DNA of 38,506 nt. Origin: Basidiobolus meristosporus CBS 931.73 (taxonomy: Eukaryota > Fungi > Basidiobolomycota). Positions within the stretch are counted from its first letter, which is position 1, and each line of letters starts with the position of its first letter. Location of the stretch: contig MCFE01000763.1 of NCBI GenBank assembly GCA_002104905.1, positions 1 to 38,506 of the forward strand, read 5' to 3'. A program made the translations under genes and the position numbers. Positions 31,502-38,506 of the stretch are shown here, piece after piece. The notes below the pieces were generated by a model. That model worked only from the letters and a program-made list of their open reading frames with translations. It had not been told where the DNA came from and made no database searches.

Positions 31502-32425
31502 TTAACAGTCAACCAAATATTGTGTAAAATATTGGTTAAGCTTTTCCGCAATTGGGTTGACATACTTCAGTACGTCGTAAAGATCCACGTGTGAGGCCCC
31601 CTCAACGAGGAACAGCTCCTTTGGCTCTTTGGCCTTCTCAATAGTCTTTTCACTGAAATACTTGGTGTCAGCATCTGTCCCCGCAATCAGCAAGACTGGA
31701 CGTGGGGAAATCAAGTGCACATAGTCGAATGCAGAGAACTGCACCAACTTGTCCATGCTTCTGAAGACATATGAGTTTGTGCTGCGAGGGTGCTGGGCGC
31801 GGGGTGTGCAGTAGTAGTCATAAGCTTCCGCAAAGAGACTGCGAGGTGGCAGGGCTGCAGCATCTTCTGCAGTCTTTGGGACCCAGTTGGTCATGTATGG
31901 CTCTTCACCCTTGGCCTCTCTTGTGCGTTGTCTTGCCGACTCCTGCAGACCTTTTTGCAGGTCTTCGAATGAAAGACTACCATTCAGACCTTCTCTCCAC
32001 AATTCACCAACATCGGCTGAGCTGATCCCAGCAACAGCCTTGATGCGTACATCAGTCTGTGCTGCACAGGTTGCGTATCCTCCTGAGGCGCAGATGCCTA
32101 GTGCACCGATTCTCTCGGGATCAACCTCGTCCAAAGTGGTGAGGTAGGATATGGCACTTTTGATGTCCTCCACCCTCTGGTTGGGATCTTCAAGATACCT
32201 GGGGAGACCTTCACTCTCACCCTGGTAGGCAGCATCGAAAGTCAGGGCAATAAACCCAAGCTCAACCAGTTTCTCGGCGTAAAGGCCTGAGGTTTGTTCC
32301 TTTACACCACCACCGGGATGGCTAACGACAACAGCGGCCTGCTTTTTGGGCTGAGTATCCTTGGGGAGATAAAGGTTACCAGCAATCTTGATTCCTTGAC
32401 TTTGAAAAGTTACTTGGCGAGGCAT
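31502..32425 (-). CDS. Alpha/beta hydrolase, COG1073 / YcjY-like family (307 aa)
   Basis: Motifs VVVSHPGGGVKEQ, FDAAYQGESEG, nucleophile elbow GICASGG (Cys), SPRPVLLIAG..DADT and GASHVDLYD (catalytic His). Intronless. TATATAAA at about 32475-32482. Confidence 0.9.
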   Translation of the reverse strand: MPRQVTFQSQGIKIAGNLYLPKDTQPKKQAAVVVSHPGGGVKEQTSGLYAEKLVELGFIALTFDAAYQGESEGLPRYLEDPNQRVEDIKSAISYLTTLDEVDPERIGALGICASGGYATCAAQTDVRIKAVAGISSADVGELWREGLNGSLSFEDLQKGLQESARQRTREAKGEEPYMTNWVPKTAEDAAALPPRSLFAEAYDYYCTPRAQHPRSTNSYVFRSMDKLVQFSAFDYVHLISPRPVLLIAGTDADTKYFSEKTIEKAKEPKELFLVEGASHVDLYDVLKYVNPIAEKLNQYFTQYLVDC

Positions 32426-32527
32426 GTTTGGAGATATGGTGATATTTTACTGTTAGATCAGTTAGAATCCAGCCTTTATATAGAGACCTGATGCTTACTT
32501 GAGAGGAATTATCCAAATATCCCGAAA

Positions 32528-32810
32528 GCCGTGTGGTCTGCCACTTGGATTTTCTAAGAATCCAAATCGTAAAAAATTTGATCGCTCGTGATGTAATCAT
32601 GGAGATATTGCTTGGTGGAACAGTAAATACTGCGGATGTCAGATCTGAGATAATGCCCAATTTGGCGGACTGAATTTCTTCTGGCGATTGCATTGTTGGT
32701 AGGAGGGATGGATGAACCGGCTTCATATCAACATTGACTACCAAATGCCGTAAATGGGCGTGACACAGCACACTACTGTACTTGGTAGTAGCTTACGCTT
32801 GGACTGTTAT
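32528..32810. promoter_or_regulatory. Upstream block shared between the hydrolase and HSP31 genes
   Basis: Homologous to about 24846-25080, 21396-21530 and 35018-35040 (gccgt..tctgccacttgga, gatgtcagatctgagataat, acattgact..gcgtgacac..tagtag..acgcttggac). Confidence 0.6.
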
Positions 32811-33507
32811 CCAAGAGCTTCAGTTAAATAAACATCGTTCCATTTGAGCCGAATATTCAACCGTACTGCGCAATCACGTTACCTTTCAAACAAATATCAG
32901 GTTAAGTCAGAGATCAATGCTACTGCTTTGGAATTTGACCTTTTGCGCTTGGGCCATGGTAAATATAGATTAAATATTTGTACTGCACACCGAAAATCGT
33001 GTACCATTTCGATTGATTCCCAATTTATCGAAGCTGAGAACACGATCGAAAACCCCAGTCTATATCCCAATTACCCGGTAAATGACAATCAACAACTCAA
33101 CCGCAGTTTTTCGATCAGTCATCCGAATTCCAGATAGGCGGCCAATCAATGATAAGCAGCAGAGTGTCAATTGCTAGTGTAATTCTCGCCAACCCAGCAA
33201 TCCACTAGCCATTGAACATACCATGTAGACTCCATATATGCATATATCTCACATCAATCCATGATTGTTGAGACAGATAGAGTGGTGCTAGAAGCAAAGA
33301 TCATTGGTGCTAATAGCCATGTTTATTGAAGGGGCTTGTCCAGTGAAGAAGGTGTAAATCATGGTGGCTTCCTTATCTCAAATAATCCCACATATACAGA
33401 GATTGTATATAAAGTGACGGCTTAAGAGTATACATCTATTTCGCCCAACTTAACGCACAGTTCTCGATTGTCAGCGACAATATTGATGATTAATATGTAC
33501 ATTTGCC

Positions 33508-33655
33508 TTACCAGTCAACCAAATATTGTGTAAAGTATTGGTTAAGTTTTTCCGCAATAGGTTTACATACTTGAGTACGTCGTAAAGATTTACGTATTAA
33601 GCTCCCTCAAGGAGGAGCAGCTCTTTTGGCTCTTTGACCTTCTCAAGAGTCTTTC
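33508..33655 (-). pseudogene. Alpha/beta hydrolase relic 3 (3' end only)
   Basis: Matches 31502-31650, including the stop codon and some 3' flank. Confidence 0.9.
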
Positions 33656-33870
33656 AAACATAGAAAAATAGCGGAATAAGAAATGCATGTTTCAATGTTA
33701 CAACGCTTGATATTCCATTGGCCCTATCAAGTTATAGCCACTAGTAGAAGTATTACAAGACACACCTAACTATATACACTGACTATACAGGTTATAGCAA
33801 CTCATTTTATTGCCATCATTACTCTCTTGATAATTAACGAGGATTACATATTTTACACATGGATAGACTC

Positions 33871-34599
33871 CTAAAGACTTGAGAACACTTTGATAGCATC
33901 CACGGCGGTGGATTTAGCACTTGCAGGGTTAGCTCCAGTAACTACCCGGCCATCAGTCTGGGTAAAGTCGGCAAATGGAGTAGGGGGTGCCACATACTCT
34001 GCTCCGACCGCCGCTGCCCCTTCCTCAATTGTGGCTACATTGGCCGATTTGATCAGCTCAAGTAAATTTAGCATTTCCTCACCCTCAGTGGTGAACCCAG
34101 TAACCTTTTTGCCAGCAATGATGGACTTACCAGTGGTACTGTCCATGATTCCTGGGAGAATGGCGGGTCCGTGACATACAGCTGAAACCACACCCCCGCG
34201 CTTATAAATGTCTTCAGCAATATGCTGCAGGTGACGAGCTGTAGGATAATCCCAAAGGGTTGCGTGGCCAGCAGAGGCAAAGAACAGTCCATAGTCAGCA
34301 GGGTTAAGATCTTCTGCCTTGTAAAGATGTGTGTTCAGCTTGACATTGAAAGGGTGTGAAGGGTTAGCCAGCACCTTTTGATCTTCTTCGGAGAGGAAAT
34401 CCTTGGACAGTGAGTGTTCATCCACTCCGTAGGTACCAGTCTCGGAGGCAAAATCGACCTCAAACCCGGCCTCAACAAGCGCTTCGTAAGGATGCAATGC
34501 TTCAGTGTAAAAGAGTCCAGTTTTACTGCCGTTAGCGTAAAATGGCTCGTTATAGCTGGTGATGGCAAGTAGTGCTCTGCGTGGAAGGTTGACTTGCAT
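33871..34599 (-). CDS. HSP31: DJ-1/PfpI family Hsp31-like glyoxalase, copy 3
   Basis: Same motifs, intact 242 aa. Confidence 0.95.
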   Translation of the reverse strand: MQVNLPRRALLAITSYNEPFYANGSKTGLFYTEALHPYEALVEAGFEVDFASETGTYGVDEHSLSKDFLSEEDQKVLANPSHPFNVKLNTHLYKAEDLNPADYGLFFASAGHATLWDYPTARHLQHIAEDIYKRGGVVSAVCHGPAILPGIMDSTTGKSIIAGKKVTGFTTEGEEMLNLLELIKSANVATIEEGAAAVGAEYVAPPTPFADFTQTDGRVVTGANPASAKSTAVDAIKVFSSL

Positions 34600-35717
34600 T
34601 GTAATTTAGTTCTGAATACCAAACCAGGTTCATTGAGTCACGTTATATAATGGGCTCGTGTAACTAGATGACAAATTGATCGAAATTTCTGGCAATGGAT
34701 CATATTTTTTTTGATCACTTATTGAGATACCAACCATTTTTGGTTAGAACTACGATGGCTTTTGTGGTGTATTATGTAATATGCATCAAACGGCGGGGAT
34801 AGACATAACCGTCTATGCTTTGATTGTCTGTACGCGCTAGTTGCGATTTGCTTTTTGGGTTGAGTATCTTCGGGGAAATAAAGGTTTCAGACTACCTTGC
34901 TTCCGTGTCATTGGAAAGCCACTTGACATACTTCTTTTACTGTCAGACTAGTCAGATTTCAGCTTATATGTACATTACTTGTCGTCTGGCTATTAACGTA
35001 GCTAAATATTTGTGAACCCGTGTAGTCTGCCACTTGGAAAAATTAACTTGATTTTCTCACCGGTTGCTACTTTCATAACTTCAATGCCTCGCTATTTATT
35101 AAACATTATCTCGTTAGTCTTTAGGTGGTAACTAGCAAGATGATAAGCCGATATTTCTCTCAGCCAGATTTGCCACCTTCTTGGGTTCATTTCACCATTG
35201 TTTTGGACACATTAGAAGCAGTTTTGGCTTCAATTCACCTACCAAAGCTATAGTGTGATAGTCTAACAACAGGTACTGGCAGCAGGGGGGAGGAGGTTAG
35301 GAATTCGAAAGACGCATTAGCTAAGCACCGGTGCTAAACAGGACCAGGAAACCGAGCTTGAGGTGATAATGGGTTATCAAGCAAAAATTCCAAAGCTAAT
35401 TAACATTTTGGGTATTTGGCTGCTGAGGTATTCATGGGCTTGCAACAATTGAAAGACTGAGAGTGAAGTTCCAAACTAATAGTGAATCGCAACCACCGCT
35501 GAATATACTTATTCTTCCCATGCATGCAATCATTTTCATAAGCCCTAAAAATCGCTGTGCAGTAAGAAGTAAATAAAGAACGTTTAACTGCAACCTTTTT
35601 CATAATCCCTTGCCATCCCAAATATAGTGGCACCTGGATCAATTTATAAATAGGTATATGGTCAGGTTCTGATAGAAGCGCTGCCACTTGTCGAGGGTCA
35701 ACGTTACTAATACTAGG

Positions 35718-35800
35718 CTTAATGTCTATTTCCACCGAGATACCTAACTTTGAGGTGCACATCTCTTCTACTGCTTGTACCCCCTGAGTGATGATGATTT
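35718..35800 (-). pseudogene. Short relic of the family B 3' end
   Basis: cttaatgtctatttccaccgagatacctaactttgaggtg matches cttaatgtctgtttccactgaaatatctaactttgaagtg at 4321-4360. Confidence 0.65.
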
Positions 35801-36324
35801 AAGTTAGCCTTTACCGTGTGAACAGTGATCGCAATTTGGTCAATTGTATCCTTGATATCATTCTAAACAATAAAACTTTGTGCAATGGGGTGTTGCTCTC
35901 CTTTCGTATCTTTGTTATCTCGTAAAATAGTTCTATCAGCTGTCCTTGAGTAACGCTTAGTTGTTGGACACCCGCTCTTTTATATTGTGTTTTCAAAGTT
36001 CAGCCATATTCTACCTGCGATCACAAGAAATTGGTAAACACAAGATATTTATTTATTGTTTGCCGAGAATTGGGATATTGATTAGATAATACTTAGATTA
36101 ATTAAGCCTGCCTCGGACTTCGTTCTTGCCATGGTTAGTTACTTTACTTATGTTGTGCGTTAACTACGCTACTACAATTAGTAACCTGGGAGCCACAACA
36201 AATGCATACGGATATATTATAGTCTGTAGATTTCTCCAGAATGTCACTTAACAATGGCGTAGTGACTACTTAAGCCAACTCCAAGGCTTCTGTTGGTGCC
36301 TGTCCGCTTTGTATTTGCAATTTG

Positions 36325-36560
36325 TGCCTCGAATGAAAGACTGCCATTCATACCTTCTCTCCACAACTCGCCAACATCTGCCTTAATGCGAACAAGTGGC
36401 ATATCCTCCTGAAGCACAGATACCCGGCACTCCAACCCTCTCATGGTCAGCCTCATCCAGGGTGGTGAGATAGGACACGGTACTGTTGAAGTCCCTGACT
36501 CTCTGACTAGGGTCTTCCAGGTATCTGGGAAGGCCTTCACTCTCGAAAGTAAGGGTGATC
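36325..36560 (-). pseudogene. Alpha/beta hydrolase relic 4
   Basis: cgaatgaaagactgccattcataccttctctccacaa...gggtcttccaggtatctgggaaggccttcactctc matches about 31965-32250 with deletions. Peptide ADVGELWREGMNGSLSFE is visible. Confidence 0.85.
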
Positions 36561-36756
36561 TCAGTAATGAAAGGAATTATTCAAATATGCTGGACAATTG
36601 GTAAGCCAGAATGAAGTTTGGCTGAGGGTTTGATGTGGAGTTTACATATATATATCCCCTAATAACGAGCTTATTTAATTCACGCATACGTTTATACCTA
36701 TGAGCAATGCTTTGAGCGGCGTACAAAGACAATTGATGTATGGTCATGGCGGCATC

Positions 36757-36999
36757 CTAGCCCTGAAAGCTGTAGCTCCATTTTCGGTTGATTGACTGAA
36801 AGCTTCCGTTGTAGCTCTTGCGCTTTCCAGATTTCACCTCCTGCCACAACTTGTTGAGCTCGTCAATGCTGGCATAAGGAGAGCCTGCATTAGTGTTTTC
36901 CCAAATCGTCCAGCTTGCTCCATTGAACTTGCTCCCCAATTCTTGCAGCTTCCCGGAGTTGACCAAGCCCAAAATATAATCCTGACTGAAGTAGACCAT
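36757..36999 (-). CDS. Orphan small protein, 80 aa (MVYFSQDYILGLVNSGKLQELG...KWSYSFQG)
   Basis: TATAAAT at 37040-37046, caacaATGG start context, protein-like composition. No family recognised. Confidence 0.55.
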   Translation of the reverse strand: MVYFSQDYILGLVNSGKLQELGSKFNGASWTIWENTNAGSPYASIDELNKLWQEVKSGKRKSYNGSFQSINRKWSYSFQG

Positions 37000-37554
37000 T
37001 GTTGGTGGATTTTTATGGTGATGTTGGCCAACTTCAGGCATTTATATGGAGGAACCTTACCCCAGGAGGTTTTGCAGAGCATGTGCCAAAAAATGTTAGA
37101 ACAGAGGAGCAGTAAAATGGCTCCAAGGCACCAAATTGGTATACCTCAAGTGCAGATTAACTCTAATATCCATCTTACATTGGAATCATCAGTCACACAA
37201 GTGGTTTATGTTGTGCATCAACATTTAAAACTTAGCCAATTTTACTCCATTTGAAAATCTAGTACCCTAACTGATTTTCCCTAACCCAAACATAACAAAT
37301 CCCAGTTACAGTTTATTTTATCCCACCTCAGAATCTATTTTTAGCTATCACACCTGATCTATTTTCAAATGGTCATTACGTTATCAACCTATCTGCCAAG
37401 CCTTCCCAGGTGATTAGTCATCTGAGATCTATCCAACCACTGTGCAGTTGCCAAGACATCCGTTGATTGATGATGTAATTTTCATTTATCTTATGCACCT
37501 ATGAACACCCAAATTGATTTCAATCAATCCAGTCCCTTGGCGCTCACTAATTCA

Positions 37555-37790
37555 ACTTGGGTTAGGGGGGGGGGAGACAGTCACCAACAGGTGAAATCTT
37601 TATTTCAGTTGAAACAAAGAAGCCAGCGCTACTGTTGTAGCTTTGATACAAGAGTGTGTAGCTGAGGGGAATTTGTAGGTAAGTTAATAAGAAGTGATGA
37701 TAGCTCTTCAGTGCTCAAGACACTGTTCAGTGGGAAGGGGGGTAGGGGTAGGGGAGGAAAGTCACCAAGTGGTGAAATCTTTATTTACTT
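37555..37790 (+). repeat. Telomere-associated G-tract repeats (two copies of G-run plus gtcaccaa..ggtgaaatctttattt)
   Basis: Copies at about 37561-37606 and 37737-37786, each preceded by poly-G or GGGGTAGGGG runs. Confidence 0.75.
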
Positions 37791-37829
37791 ATGACAAGTA
37801 TCCAAAGAAGCCATGTTAATCTGAAGTAA

Positions 37830-37960
37830 TTCCTAGAAAGCTAGGTCTGAGAGATATCTTCCTGGTAAGCCAGGTCTAAGAGTTGAGAAGCTGAGTGGTA
37901 CTGTATTTCCTAGTAAGCTAGGTCTGAGAGAGGTTTCCTGGAAAGCCAGGCCTGAGAAGT
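37830..37960. repeat. Four palindromic units CCTRG-WAAG-CYAGG in a two-tier repeat
   Basis: Units at 37832-37845, 37861-37874, 37909-37922 and 37937-37950, with a higher-order period of 76-77 bp. Confidence 0.9.
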
Positions 37961-38256
37961 GAGAATCTGAGTACATCTGAGGTGAGTTGTACTGATTTGC
38001 GGTAGCTTGTTTGTGGCCAGAATGGCCAGTAGGCTGGGGGAACTGAGGGGTATTTCTGGGCGATCACTGGCCAAATTTACTAGGCAAATCTGACCAATTA
38101 GCATTTCAAGGATTTCAGCCAATCAGAGCCTTTACTTTGCCCGATGATTGATCAAGCCATCTCCCAATGAGCACACATCAATTTATTGATCAAATTTTGT
38201 TGGATCCAGGATTTGAACCCACAACCATGGGTATGGAAGGGTTAGGGATAACCACA

Positions 38257-38506
38257 AGGGTAGGGTTAGGGTTAGGGTTAGGGTTAGGGTTAGGGTTAGG
38301 GTTAGGGTTAGGGTTAGGGTTAGGGTTAGGTTAGGGTTAGGGTTAGGGTTAGGGTTAGGTTAGGGTTAGGGTTAGGGTTAGGGTTAGGGTTAGGGTTAGG
38401 GTTAGGGTTAGGGTTAGGTTAGGGTTAGGGTTAGGGTTAGGGTTAGGGTTAGGGTTAGGGTTAGGGTTAGGGTTAGGGTTAGGGTTAGGGTTAGGGTTAG
38501 GGTTAG
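38257..38506 (+). repeat. Telomere (TTAGGG)n
   Basis: Continuous TTAGGG array to the end of the window with the G-rich strand running toward the end. Three TTAGG variant units. Confidence 0.99.

Noticed and set aside
23293-33380. Suspected homology between ORF 23293-23571, the 33230-33380 region and the 25302 protein
   Set aside because: Similarity by eye was too weak to support.
20249-34622. Antisense and alternate-frame ORFs over the HSP31 genes (e.g. 20249-20533, 20709-20921, 33890-34174, 34335-34622)
   Set aside because: Shadows of the real HSP31 frame. They recur only because the gene is triplicated, and their lengths and stops are not conserved.
37830-37960. CRISPR-like appearance of spaced palindromic repeats
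   Set aside because: Eukaryotic telomere context, spacers are short and themselves repeated, and there are no cas genes.
37900-38250. Telomere-linked helicase or telomere-specific retrotransposon
   Set aside because: No RecQ, Y'-like helicase or RT coding sequence next to the telomere. ORF 37910-38122 is just a translation of the palindromic repeats.

Overview
Right-hand chromosome end of a eukaryote, finishing in about 250 bp of (TTAGGG)n. It is most likely a fungus, and possibly an early-diverging lineage; this is inferred from HSP31-type DJ-1 genes, 53-61 nt GT-AG introns with TACTRAC branch points, and TATA boxes about 35-60 nt upstream of ATGs. The window is a subtelomeric birth-and-death array. 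(1) A cassette of three unknown secreted-protein families (here C, B, A) plus a decayed fourth ORF (E) is present in three segmental copies, two of them followed by tRNA-Leu(CAG). (2) Three tandem copies of a 65-aa secreted peptide (D) have a beta-/big-defensin-like six-cysteine spacing. (3) Three intact HSP31/DJ-1 glyoxalase-like genes are interleaved with one intact and four relic COG1073-type alpha/beta hydrolases. (4) There are three orphan small genes, a decayed Ty3/gypsy relic and telomere-associated repeats. The most notable hidden signals are the trans-defensin-like peptide array, a 3-exon 10-cysteine secreted protein that is invisible in the ORF track and can only be rebuilt from three differently broken copies, a recombinant HSP31 copy, and an upstream block shared by two unrelated enzyme genes. 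All alignments were done by eye and no database searches were run.
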